Shown one piece after another: positions 47,885 through 57,155 of a stretch of DNA of 64,000 nucleotides (the first letter of the stretch is position 1; every line of letters begins with the position of its first letter). Origin of the DNA: an uncultured bacterium (lineage in GTDB: Bacteria; Bipolaricaulota; Bipolaricaulia; UBA7950; UBA9294); assembly GCA_903857865.1 (NCBI GenBank), contig CAIOGO010000006.1:66511-130510 (forward strand). Reading direction: 5' to 3'. Made by a program: the position numbers and the translations under genes. The notes beneath the pieces are model-generated. The model saw only the letters and a list, made by a program, of their open reading frames with translations. It was not told the origin of the DNA and did no database searches.

Positions 47885-48625
47885 CTAGGTCTTCGTCTGT
47901 TTGTCGACCTTGGCGCCCGCGTGCACCTCGATCGTTTCGCTGTACTCGACCGTGCCGATGTGGCACCCCGGGCCAAGCTTGATCCGCTTGCCACGTACAG
48001 CGTCGGCCGTCGTCTCCTCGAGCTCGACATCGTCTCCTTCGATCGATGACGCCTTGAGTTCGGCGAGGCCCCCGCCGGAGAACATGCGGACCAAGCCGTC
48101 GAAGAGAATTCCGCGCTCGCGGAAGCCGCCCCGCAGGATCTCGATCTTCTCCCCGCCGATCTCGCGCGCAGAGCACTTGCCGCCGAGACGAACTTCGACC
48201 TTGTCAGCCGAGAGGAGGCCTTCGATCGTAAATCCACCAGAGGCCTTGAAGATCTCGGACTCTAGGTCGCCGCCGACATGGATGTGTCCGCTAACCTTGA
48301 CGTACTCGGCCGCGACACTTCCCGTCACGCGGAACGTCCCCGAACACTTGAGTTCCTTGACCTTCGCGTCCCCGCCGATGCGCGCCGCGCCGCTCACCGA
48401 CATCTCGTCGGCCACAACGGAGCCCGCAAACGAGGCGCCCCCGGAGACCGAGACCTGCGTCGCCTCCACGTTTCCTTCCACCTTGCCCGCGCCGGAAATG
48501 CGGAGCTCCTCAGCCTTGAGATCACCGGTTATCTTGCCGGCCCCGGAGATCGAGACGCGAGCGTAGTCGCCGCCACTCAGTTTGCCGGCCCCCGACAGGC
48601 TGGCCGACCGTCGATCCTCGCTCAT
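47885..48625 (-). CDS. Bactofilin (CcmA/DUF583) polymer-forming cytoskeletal protein
   Basis: Repeated beta-helix pattern SGAGK..G..VSGG..VSG.. throughout. The ATG overlaps the upstream gene's stop as ATGA. Confidence 0.8.
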   Translation of the reverse strand: MSEDRRSASLSGAGKLSGGDYARVSISGAGKITGDLKAEELRISGAGKVEGNVEATQVSVSGGASFAGSVVADEMSVSGAARIGGDAKVKELKCSGTFRVTGSVAAEYVKVSGHIHVGGDLESEIFKASGGFTIEGLLSADKVEVRLGGKCSAREIGGEKIEILRGGFRERGILFDGLVRMFSGGGLAELKASSIEGDDVELEETTADAVRGKRIKLGPGCHIGTVEYSETIEVHAGAKVDKQTKT

Positions 48626-49335
48626 CGCTCCTCCTCTCTCTTGTCCGATGCCGCACCCCCGTGCGACCCTCCGGTTCCCTGCGCCAAATCCAGCTTGATG
48701 CGCTCCAGCGTGTTCCGCAGATCGACCGTCCCAATTCGTTGCACGTCCGGATCGAACAGCGCATCGAGCGGCGCCATCGCGACCAGGCTGATCTCCGCCG
48801 AGATGCCGCCTGCGGAGAGCTTCTTCCGCAACAAGTGAATGTGCAGATTCGTCTCCGCGGCGTGCTCGAGGAATGCCTCATCCAGGTTCTTCCGCAGCGT
48901 TCGCTGCACGAGAGTCTGTTCCTCCGGCCTCGCTACGCCGCGCAACCGACTCGCCACCGCGACGCACAGGGCATCCGCCAGCGATAGGGACTGCGCCCCC
49001 GCAGTATCGACGCCGCACTCCTTGAGCGCCGCCTCGTCGAACCACGTCGCGCCGCGCAGATGATCGAACGCCACACGGACCTTCGCGTTGACCTGCTGCG
49101 TGATCACGTCGGCCAGATCGTCGAGCGGGTGCGTGTCCTTCATCGCCTTGACCCGTTCGATGCGCTCCAGAATCTTGTCGCGCGGGAAGAACGTCTCCTG
49201 CCCGGTGAACGTCGAGCGCCGCACGAACCACGCCTCGGGGATGAGGCCCTTCCTCTTCCAACGGTAGAGCTGGCCGTACGAGATGTCGGTCTGAAGAAGG
49301 ACTTCCTTCTTCGAGATCAGGTTCTCCTCATCCAT
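48622..49335 (-). CDS. DUF4004 (YhbD-like) protein with an N-terminal MerR-like HTH
   Basis: ISKKEVLLQTDISYGQLYRWKRKGLIPEAWFVRRSTFTGQETFFPRDKILERIERV is a DUF4004-type N-terminus. It is co-oriented and coupled with the bactofilin gene, as in the B. subtilis yhbD-yhbE-yhbF operon. Confidence 0.65.
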   Translation of the reverse strand: MDEENLISKKEVLLQTDISYGQLYRWKRKGLIPEAWFVRRSTFTGQETFFPRDKILERIERVKAMKDTHPLDDLADVITQQVNAKVRVAFDHLRGATWFDEAALKECGVDTAGAQSLSLADALCVAVASRLRGVARPEEQTLVQRTLRKNLDEAFLEHAAETNLHIHLLRKKLSAGGISAEISLVAMAPLDALFDPDVQRIGTVDLRNTLERIKLDLAQGTGGSHGGAASDKREEER

Positions 49336-49460
49336 GGGCGTGACACCTCCCCTCGTCTTCTTGGGGTCCGCGCATCTTCTCACGCGAACATCGGTTCGAG
49401 CGCGAGCCGCCCGCGCGGGACGCTGGCATTGTAACAACACACTGTGTCGCGGTCAATGGC

Positions 49461-49770
49461 TGAGCGCGGCGGGACACATCATGCCGCGCTCAGCTAGGGA
49501 GTTCCGACTGCGTCGGAACTCTAGGCCTGTCGCCGGGACACACCGTAGCTCACTCAGCTAGGGAGTTCCCGCGGTGCAGGAACTCCTGGCACCATCAACG
49601 GGACGCACCACGCCGCGCTCAGCTAGGGGGTTCCGACGCAGTCGGAACTCCAGGCATCTGTCATCGTGACGCACGTTGTCCCACTCAGCGGCTAAACGAG
49701 ACGGGACGGACTCTGTCTCGTTCAGCTAGAGAGTTCCCGCTACACGAGAACTCCAGGCCTGTCGCCGTGT
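49461..49770. repeat. Tandem array of four ~65-bp units, each with a GGAGTTCC-(7-10 nt)-GGAACTCC hairpin and conserved flanks GGGAC...CTCAGCTAGG / CAGGC(C)TGTCGCCG
   Basis: Units start at 49471, 49535, 49600 and 49703; unit 3 carries a 38-nt insert. The loops of units 1 and 3 (GACTGCGTC and GACGCAGTC) are exact reverse complements. An extra hairpin CTGAGCGCGGC...GCCGCGCTCAG sits at 49461-49493. Confidence 0.7.
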
Positions 49771-50047
49771 CAGACGCTGTCTTGCTCTTCCGGCTCTCCA
49801 CCTTGGCGATCTTGGCGCTCTCCGCGTGATTGCGTGTGTTGGACTCGCGGCTGATTCCCTCGCGCCAAGGGCGCCAAGGAAGGCATGTCACAACGCGTGT
49901 CTGATCCCCCACCTGTCTCGGGAGTCCCCGCCGCACGGAGACTCCCGCGCTGCTCGCCGGGACTCATCTTGTCTGACTTACCCCGTCGCCGCGAATTACG
50001 CACTCGGTGCCGCGGACCCGGCGACTCCACGTTCGAGGAATCGAAGG

Positions 50048-51691
50048 TCACATCCCCGGGCACTGACGTGCCACGGCCGCGTCGATGCCTTTCTTCCCGT
50101 ATGCCTTCTGGAAGTGAGACGCGAACTCGCTTGCGAGCTTGGCTGAGCGCTCGTCGAACGCGGCTTTGTCCTTCCACGTGTCGCGCGGGCGAAGGACGCC
50201 GCTCGGAACGCCGGGGCACGTCTGCGGGATCTCGACATGGAACGTCCGATCCTCGTCGTAGGCAACCTTGTCGAGCGCGCCCTCGAGTGCCGCGCGGACC
50301 ATCGTGCGCGTCAGCGTGATGTCCATGCGCTTGCCGACGCCGTACGGCCCACCGCTCCAGCCGGTGTTCACGAGGAACACCTTCGTCCCGTGGCGGTCGA
50401 GTTTCTCGCCGAGCATACGCGCGTAGACATCGGGGTTCCGCGGCATAAACGGCTCTCCGAAGAAGCGCGAGAACGTCGACTTCGGCTCGACAATGCCGGT
50501 CTCGGTGCCCGCCAGCTTGCTCGTGTAGCCCATGAGGAACCAGAGCATCGCCTGCTCTTTCGACAGCCGCGCAATCGGCGGCAGGACGCCGTTCGCGTCC
50601 GCGGTGAGGAAGAGGACCGTCGATGGGTGGCCGGAGCATGCCGAGGGTTTGATGTTCCCGAGGTACGTCAGGGGGAACGACGCGCGCGAGTTCGGGGTGA
50701 GGCGATCGTCGTCGAGGTCGAAGGCCCCGTTCGGATAGGCCATCGCGTTCTCGACGATCGTACCGTGCCGGCGCCAATCGTCGTCGTGGAACACGGCGTG
50801 GTAGATCTCAGGTTCCTTCGACGCGTCGAGTCCGATGAGCTTCGCAAAGCAGCCATTCTCGAAGTTCCAGACCCCGTCGTCACTCCAGCCGTGCTCGTCG
50901 TCGCCGAGGAGCGCGCGCGTCGGGTCGGCCGACAGCGTTGTCTTACCGGTCCCCGAGAGTCCGAGGAGGAGCGCGGAGTCGCCTCGCTTGCCCTCGTTGG
51001 CCGAGCAGTGGAGCGGCAGGACGCCGACGCCCGGCAGGAGGTAGTTCATGACCGAGAACATGAGCTTCTTCACGGAGCCGCAGTAGGCCGACCCGTAGAC
51101 GATGCCGATGCGGCGGTCGAAATCGATGGCGATGGCCATCGTCGTCGTCTTGCCCGTGCCCGGGTCAACGCGCAGCCGCCCCGCATATCGCACAGGATCG
51201 AGCTTGTCGTTCGGCAGCGCGAGGATCGTGAACGCGCGGTCGCCGAAGATGCCCTTCTCCGCGCCGGCAGGGATCGGGCGGAACATGTTGTCTGTGAACA
51301 GGGCCGTCAGCGCGCGATCGGTGATCGTGCGGGCAATGAGCGCGTAGTGCGGATCCGCGCCGAGGGCGCGCTCGGTGACGTAAAGTCGTTTCTTCGCGCG
51401 AAGGACGGAGACCGCGTCTTCGAACAGGAGGTCGAACGTCTCCTCGGTGATCGGAAGGTTGTTCGGCGAGTCCCAGTCGATGTCCTTCTCGCTCGACGGT
51501 CGACGCACCGACACCGTATCCTTGGGGCTGCGGCCCGTGGACTCCGGCCGACTCCACGTCGCCAAGGCGCCGTTCGGCGCAACCAGCGCCTCCTTGCGGT
51601 CCACCGCGTCCTCGATCGCGCGTTCGCGCGACGGGTTCAGCACGACGCCGCGATGCCCAAGCAACCCCGCCAGTTCCCGATCCAGATCCAT
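50048..51691 (-). CDS. pckA: Phosphoenolpyruvate carboxykinase (ATP)
   Basis: Kinase-1a motif LLGLSGTGKTTLSADP. 547 aa with family-typical N- and C-termini. Confidence 0.9.
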   Translation of the reverse strand: MDLDRELAGLLGHRGVVLNPSRERAIEDAVDRKEALVAPNGALATWSRPESTGRSPKDTVSVRRPSSEKDIDWDSPNNLPITEETFDLLFEDAVSVLRAKKRLYVTERALGADPHYALIARTITDRALTALFTDNMFRPIPAGAEKGIFGDRAFTILALPNDKLDPVRYAGRLRVDPGTGKTTTMAIAIDFDRRIGIVYGSAYCGSVKKLMFSVMNYLLPGVGVLPLHCSANEGKRGDSALLLGLSGTGKTTLSADPTRALLGDDEHGWSDDGVWNFENGCFAKLIGLDASKEPEIYHAVFHDDDWRRHGTIVENAMAYPNGAFDLDDDRLTPNSRASFPLTYLGNIKPSACSGHPSTVLFLTADANGVLPPIARLSKEQAMLWFLMGYTSKLAGTETGIVEPKSTFSRFFGEPFMPRNPDVYARMLGEKLDRHGTKVFLVNTGWSGGPYGVGKRMDITLTRTMVRAALEGALDKVAYDEDRTFHVEIPQTCPGVPSGVLRPRDTWKDKAAFDERSAKLASEFASHFQKAYGKKGIDAAVARQCPGM

Positions 51692-52097
51692 GCTCTCCTC
51701 ACCCGCGTGTCGGCCGGGGGCGTTCCCGCGGCCGCAGATGGCCGGATCATAGCCAACGGAGACCGGGTTCTAAAGGCAGGTCGGCCTCGCGGCCCGGCGA
51801 CGGAGGGAGACGCCATGCCGCGCAGCAGGCCCGCAGGATGCCGCCGCCTCGGGGGCAACACCCCGTCGCCCCAGGCGTGCCGGGATTCGCACATCGCTCA
51901 GTTCGGAGTGCGCAGAACGCAGTTGATTGACACCGCTCCGGTCAGGAATGATCCAAGCGGGGCGCCCCCCCTGCACCACACCTTTCCCAAGACGGGGAGT
52001 CCCTCACGGAGCGTGCTCTACGCTGGAGAGGGCCCGGATGCCGCTCCTGCTGGTCAACGAGCTCGCCACATCCGACTCGCGGATCCGTGAGCTTTGC

Positions 52098-53396
52098 CTA
52101 CATCCGGTCCTTCCCCTCCAACCCTGGGAGGCTCGCAAGGCCGTTCCGAAGCTGCTTTCTTTGCCAGGAGCTGTACCAAAAGATCGTCAGGACGGCACCA
52201 ACCATGCCAATACTCGCTGCAAATGGTAACATCGCCTGGATGCCGGCAACGTCTACTAGCGCGCCACATGCCAGAGGTCCAAGCATCTGCCCTACGCCGA
52301 ACGCTCCGCTTTGCAGGCCGGCCATCACTCCCATGCCATGCTCTCTGCCGCGCTCCACTCGCTCGGCGAGCATCGATGCCCTCGATAGCGCATCGAGCAC
52401 ACCCATCGCGAAGGCTAGGGACAGGACGGCCCATAGTTGATGCACGAACTGGATCGACAACAGAGCCAAAGGTGAGATCACGGCCCCAACGGCTATCTGA
52501 GGGAGCCGACGATAGCGATCGGCGAGCCACCCGAATGGTATCTGGAGTAGCCCTCCGGCAACGAGCTGAACGGTCAGAACAAGCCCGATCGACGACTCGG
52601 AGAAGCCGGCCACGCTCGCGGCGAAGAGTGGATAGAACGTGTTGAACCCTTGCTGCCAGAACCCGCGGGTGATCCAATACACTAGTAGTGTTCTGACCCC
52701 GGGGTCGCGGAACTCAGTGCCTGTCTTCGTGGGGTCGGAGGCTCCGGCCGCCTTTCGATCGGCCTTCGTGTTTCTGGGAAGGACGACCGCCACGAGCGCA
52801 AGAGCTCCGAAACTGAGGGCGGCCATCACCAAGAAGACCGCTTTGTAGGACCACAGCTCGGCGACCCCTCCACCAATCAACGGGCCAAGCGCCATTCCGA
52901 TGAACATCGACGAGTAGAAGACGTTGATGTACTTCCCCTCGCTCCCCGCGGGCGTTAGATCCCCAACATATGCTTGGGCGACCGGTGTCACCATGACCGC
53001 GGCCGCGCCTTGGAGGAACCGAAAGACCCCAAGATGCCACAGGGAGGTGGCAAAGACGAAGAGGATAGATACGGCCCCGTAGGCCGCGAGCCCCGCGAGC
53101 ATGATCCTCTTGCGGTCGGTTCGATCGGAGATCCTCCCCACGAGCGGGGCGACAAACGCGCGAGCCGCTGAGAACGCCGCAAACACAACGCCGATGGAGA
53201 ACGCACTGGCCGAGAAACCCCGCGCATAGAGAGGGAAGATGGGGGCTATGATCCCCATCCCAATCTGCGCGGCACAGGTTGCCACGAAGAGAGCCAGGAA
53301 GGTCGCCCTCAATCGGCTCGTCTCCAGCTTCGTGGCAACCTCCTCAAGCGATGTCCGTCTCCAGAAGCCGAGTATCGAATCGGCCTGCACGCGCAC
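52098..53396 (-). CDS. MFS transporter
   Basis: 12 hydrophobic segments. MFS loop motif GRISDRTDRKRIM. Confidence 0.85.
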   Translation of the reverse strand: MRVQADSILGFWRRTSLEEVATKLETSRLRATFLALFVATCAAQIGMGIIAPIFPLYARGFSASAFSIGVVFAAFSAARAFVAPLVGRISDRTDRKRIMLAGLAAYGAVSILFVFATSLWHLGVFRFLQGAAAVMVTPVAQAYVGDLTPAGSEGKYINVFYSSMFIGMALGPLIGGGVAELWSYKAVFLVMAALSFGALALVAVVLPRNTKADRKAAGASDPTKTGTEFRDPGVRTLLVYWITRGFWQQGFNTFYPLFAASVAGFSESSIGLVLTVQLVAGGLLQIPFGWLADRYRRLPQIAVGAVISPLALLSIQFVHQLWAVLSLAFAMGVLDALSRASMLAERVERGREHGMGVMAGLQSGAFGVGQMLGPLACGALVDVAGIQAMLPFAASIGMVGAVLTIFWYSSWQRKQLRNGLASLPGLEGKDRM

Positions 53397-53594
53397 CTAT
53401 TCGGGAACCGCGCAGAAGACTCTGTCTCCGGTGTCCCCGTCCACCCGACAAACCCTGGGGAGCACACCGCCCACGATTCGCGAGCACCGCGAGGGATCGA
53501 GCCCGCTGCGCACCTCAGGGGCGGGGCAAGCCGCTAGGAAACCAGCACTCTCGCGTGGATGCCCGACGTACGCGCTCTCAACCGCCTCCGAGGA

Positions 53595-53909
53595 CTAGTC
53601 GTCATCACTGCTCGCGGAGGTCCTCTCGTCTCCCAGGATGATGGAAGATGCTATGGCCGAAAGGCGGACGGGTCGAACCGGGAAGCGGACTGTACAGGAT
53701 TCCACCGCACTAAGCGGAACTCCCGTTTGTTCACTGATGATTCTCTCGATCAGTCTTCCACAGGTCCGTCCTTGGCAAGGGCCCATCCCAGCGCGGGTCA
53801 TCCGCTTGATCTCTCCTGCCGTGCGGCATCCTGCCTTGATCGCCGCAAGGATCTCCTGTTTCGTGACTTCCTCACAACGGCAGATGACAAGATCGCTATT
53901 GCCTTCCAC
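53595..53909 (-). CDS. BFD-like [2Fe-2S]-binding domain protein
   Basis: VICRCEEVTKQEILAAIKAGCRTAGEIKRMTRAGMGPCQGRTCGRLI is a C-x-C...C-x4-C BFD-like pattern. Confidence 0.7.
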   Translation of the reverse strand: MEGNSDLVICRCEEVTKQEILAAIKAGCRTAGEIKRMTRAGMGPCQGRTCGRLIERIISEQTGVPLSAVESCTVRFPVRPVRLSAIASSIILGDERTSASSDDD

Positions 53910-54444
53910 TGTTCTTTCCCCCTCCCACGCGGCGGAAGAAGCGCACGTCCATTCCGAGACCTTTCGGAGTCAGGAGAGTCACCACAGCCGTGCGATCGTT
54001 TCGTTCGCGCGCATCGACGGTCAATGTCCTTGCGGTGCACACGGCCCGACCCTCTCGATCGACTCCCTCCACCAATTCGCCCGACTCAGGTAGGGGAAGG
54101 AACTCATACGGAATGCTCACGTGATCGCCATCATCGGAACTCAGATCGACTACGAAGATTGCGAGTCCCGGACAGCGGGATACACAAAGCGCGCAGCCAA
54201 CGCAGCCCTCCGGATCCAGACAGGGTTGACTGGTCACCGTGCTGCCGACCCGAATCGCTCCCCGTGGGCAGTTGCCCTCACAAGGATTGCACGGAATCTC
54301 CTCGCTGCACTCGATAACAGCGACTGGACCTTGCCGAAGACGCTGGGCCGAAGGCACGCCAGGGCAGCAAGCCAGTTCTGCTGAGCTCAGTACGCCTGTC
54401 TTCCGCAGCGCCTTCTCGTGAACCTCAAGTCCCTGTTTGCTCAT
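53896..54444 (-). CDS. 4Fe-4S cluster protein (ferredoxin-like subunit of a multi-subunit dehydrogenase)
   Basis: CNPCEGNCP and CVGCALCVSRCP motifs. Confidence 0.6.
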   Translation of the reverse strand: MSKQGLEVHEKALRKTGVLSSAELACCPGVPSAQRLRQGPVAVIECSEEIPCNPCEGNCPRGAIRVGSTVTSQPCLDPEGCVGCALCVSRCPGLAIFVVDLSSDDGDHVSIPYEFLPLPESGELVEGVDREGRAVCTARTLTVDARERNDRTAVVTLLTPKGLGMDVRFFRRVGGGKNSGRQ

Positions 54445-55528
54445 AGGATCTCACCACATCATCCTTCGCCCTTCTTCGTTCCACACCGAACGGGCCGCTT
54501 CGTAGCTCGTTCAAGGCCTCGATGTACGACCCAAGTCTCTCCTCGTACTCGCCGCGCTCTACGAGCCCGAGTGCAGATGCCGCCGACAACCCCGCCAGCT
54601 TCCCTTCTTCGATGGCTGTTGACGCCTCCTCGATTCCCGAAACATCGCCGGCCACATAGAGCCCCGTGACGCTGGTTTCCATCCCGAGGGAGTGCACGGG
54701 AACCTTCCCTCCCAGCGCCGGAACGTTGGCAAGCCGGCAACCTGCCATCTCGGCAAGCCGCGTCCGAGGGGTCATGCCGACCGCGAGGCAGACTGTGTCC
54801 ACTTCAAGAAGCTTCTCCGTACCGGCGACAGGACGGAACCTCTCGTCAATCTGCTGGATTACAACTTGGTCAACGTGGCTGTCCCCCCGCGCCTCTTTGA
54901 TCGTGTGTCGCGGCAGGATCGGTATGCCCAGGCGCCTGACCTTCGCCGCATGGACCCCCCAACCCCCTATGTTGGGCAGCGCCTCCACGATTGCCACCAC
55001 ATCAATCCCCGCCTGCATCAACTGGTAGGCAACGATGAGTCCGACGTTCCCGCTTCCGACGACAACCGCACGCTCTCCCACCGGGACACGATGCACGTTC
55101 ACGAAGGTCTGCGCTGCCCCGGCCGTTATCACACCAGGCAAGGTCCATCCCGGGAATGCAGCAGCGTTCTCCCCCGCGCCCGTGGCGAAAACGGTGCATC
55201 TCGGGCGGAATCCCAGAAGCCGCTCCTGTTTCACGGCCATGACGACGAGCCCGTCGAATACGCCGACTACAGGAGTCTCCAGCCAGATGTCCACTCCATG
55301 TTCCCGAGCTTCCTGGATCAGCTTTGCGCCGATGTCGACGCCTCGGGTACCTGCGAAGTGACGTTCGGATCCAAAGAACTTGTGCGTCTGCTTGAGGAGT
55401 TGACCGCCGGGCCTCGTGTTCTCGTCGACGACTCGTACTGACGCCCCGCGGCCCGCGGCCTCGACCGCCGCCGCAAGTCCGGCCGGCCCGGCTCCAACAA
55501 TCAGGATGTCCGGAGTATCAGTTATCAC
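54425..55528 (-). CDS. FAD/NAD(P)-binding oxidoreductase (HcnB / OoxA / proline-dehydrogenase-alpha-like subunit)
   Basis: DILIVGAGPAGLAAAVEAAGRGASVRVVDE.. Rossmann fold plus a second nucleotide fold (VVVGSGNVGL). GTG at 55528 with a GGGAGAG Shine-Dalgarno overlaps the upstream stop as GTGA. Confidence 0.75.
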   Translation of the reverse strand: MITDTPDILIVGAGPAGLAAAVEAAGRGASVRVVDENTRPGGQLLKQTHKFFGSERHFAGTRGVDIGAKLIQEAREHGVDIWLETPVVGVFDGLVVMAVKQERLLGFRPRCTVFATGAGENAAAFPGWTLPGVITAGAAQTFVNVHRVPVGERAVVVGSGNVGLIVAYQLMQAGIDVVAIVEALPNIGGWGVHAAKVRRLGIPILPRHTIKEARGDSHVDQVVIQQIDERFRPVAGTEKLLEVDTVCLAVGMTPRTRLAEMAGCRLANVPALGGKVPVHSLGMETSVTGLYVAGDVSGIEEASTAIEEGKLAGLSAASALGLVERGEYEERLGSYIEALNELRSGPFGVERRRAKDDVVRSYEQTGT

Positions 55529-55878
55529 GACTCTCCCGCCCCCGTACTGATCACCATGCCCGCTTCCACGGGCGTCACGCAGCTTCGGACGTTCGGCGTC
55601 CCATTCACGGTCACCATGCAATCCGTGCAAAGCCCGATGCCACAGAACAATCCCCGAGGCTCACCTCGCTTCTCCGTCCGTCTCGTGGCGCGGATTCCGT
55701 AGGCCAGAAGCGTGGCAAGAATCGGCTCTCCTTGGCGAGCCCGCAGCGGCGTGGAGTCAACGATGATCGTGCACTCCTCCGCGTACTCCAACGGCCCAAG
55801 CACTGGGTGCTGGTGGATCCTCCGGCCTTCCGCTTTCGTCATCGCTATCTCCCTCTTGTCTTCGATCGACTGGGCCAC
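55525..55878 (-). CDS. [2Fe-2S]-binding small subunit (HcnA-like)
   Basis: GLFCGIGLCTDCMVTVNGTPNVRSC is an HcnA/SoxA-N-like 2Fe-2S motif. Confidence 0.7.
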   Translation of the reverse strand: MAQSIEDKREIAMTKAEGRRIHQHPVLGPLEYAEECTIIVDSTPLRARQGEPILATLLAYGIRATRRTEKRGEPRGLFCGIGLCTDCMVTVNGTPNVRSCVTPVEAGMVISTGAGES

Positions 55879-55922
55879 GGGCGCCTTCTTGCGAACGCCG
55901 TGCGCCCCACCTATCGGACACC

Positions 55923-57116
55923 CTAGCCCTCCTTGGCTCGTACCTCCTCAAACTGCGCTCGGATGCCCTCCAGAAGCTGCGGGTTCGCCAGGATGCGCTC
56001 CGTCGCAAGCGCCATCGCTTTGGCTGCCACTTCGATGGCTTTGCGGGCCTGCCCACTCTTTGCAGCTTCCGTCCAAGTCCGGGTGTGTCCGGGCGTTCCG
56101 GCGGGTACGAACGCGACCTTGAGCGTCGCGGCGGGGAGCCGATGGCTCACGTTGCCGAAGTCTGTGCTACCCAACTCCTTCTCCGGTTCGAGGATCTGAT
56201 CCGCCCCCACCTGCGAGGCTTCGGCAAGCAGGAGATCGCTGAGCAGGGGAACGAGAAGCTTGTTGTCGTTCCCGGCTTCGTAGCAGACCGCCAGCTCCGT
56301 TCCGGTTGCAAGGGCTCCGGCCCGCGCGCAATTGATGACGCGCTCTTTGATCTCGTTTAGGTATGACCTATTCTCCGCCCGCACCATGTACTCCAGCGCT
56401 GCGTGTTCGGGGACGATGTTCGGCCGTAGGCCGCCGTCCGTTATGATCCCATGGAGCCTCACGTCGGATCGTACGTGCTCCCGGAGGAACTCCAACGCAG
56501 TCATCGTCAGCAGAGCTGCATCGAGCGCGCTGGCCCCCAGATGCGGGTACTTGGACGCGTGAGCGGGCCTCCCTCCGAAACGGAACTCCACGGAGTCTAC
56601 GGCAAGATTGCGCCCCATCGTCGTCGTCCGATCGCTCGGATGCATCATGAGAGCGATGTCCAACTCGTCGAAGACCCCGTGGTCCAGCATGGTCTGCTTG
56701 ACATGAAGTTTCGAGGTTTCCTCCGCCGGCGTCCCGATGACGCAGATCTGGCCGCTAAGCTCGGGACAGGCTGATGCCAGCGCAACGGCCGCACCTACAG
56801 CGGAAGCAGCGATGAGGTTGTGACCACACGCGTGCCCTAGCTCAGGAAGCGCGTCGTACTCGGCGATGAATCCAACAGCCGGGCGGCGGCGCTCTCCTTT
56901 CCACGCGACAAAGGCTGTCTCAATGCCGGCTACGCCGGTCGTACACTGAAAGCCTTTGGCCCGCAGATACGTGACCACGTGCTCCCGGGCCTGGAACTCC
57001 TCCCCACTCAGTTCGGGGTGCTCATGAAGGAAACTCGCTAACGCCCAGAGCTCCGCCATCAGTCCATCGACGGCGGAGCCGATTCCGGCGCGCTCCGTCT
57101 CGGGTTTCTTCTTCAT
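55923..57116 (-). CDS. M20-family amidohydrolase (second paralog)
   Basis: FIAEYDALPELGHACGHNLIAASAVGAA. Same family as the 36500..37681 protein. Confidence 0.8.
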   Translation of the reverse strand: MKKKPETERAGIGSAVDGLMAELWALASFLHEHPELSGEEFQAREHVVTYLRAKGFQCTTGVAGIETAFVAWKGERRRPAVGFIAEYDALPELGHACGHNLIAASAVGAAVALASACPELSGQICVIGTPAEETSKLHVKQTMLDHGVFDELDIALMMHPSDRTTTMGRNLAVDSVEFRFGGRPAHASKYPHLGASALDAALLTMTALEFLREHVRSDVRLHGIITDGGLRPNIVPEHAALEYMVRAENRSYLNEIKERVINCARAGALATGTELAVCYEAGNDNKLLVPLLSDLLLAEASQVGADQILEPEKELGSTDFGNVSHRLPAATLKVAFVPAGTPGHTRTWTEAAKSGQARKAIEVAAKAMALATERILANPQLLEGIRAQFEEVRAKEG

Positions 57117-57155
57117 CTTCGGCCTCCTCCCAATCCCGGGATATGCGCGTCGAGG

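Noticed and set aside
50237-52090. 617-aa plus-strand ORF
   Set aside because: It is antisense to pckA, which has a clear kinase-1a motif, and is Arg/Val/Asp-rich.
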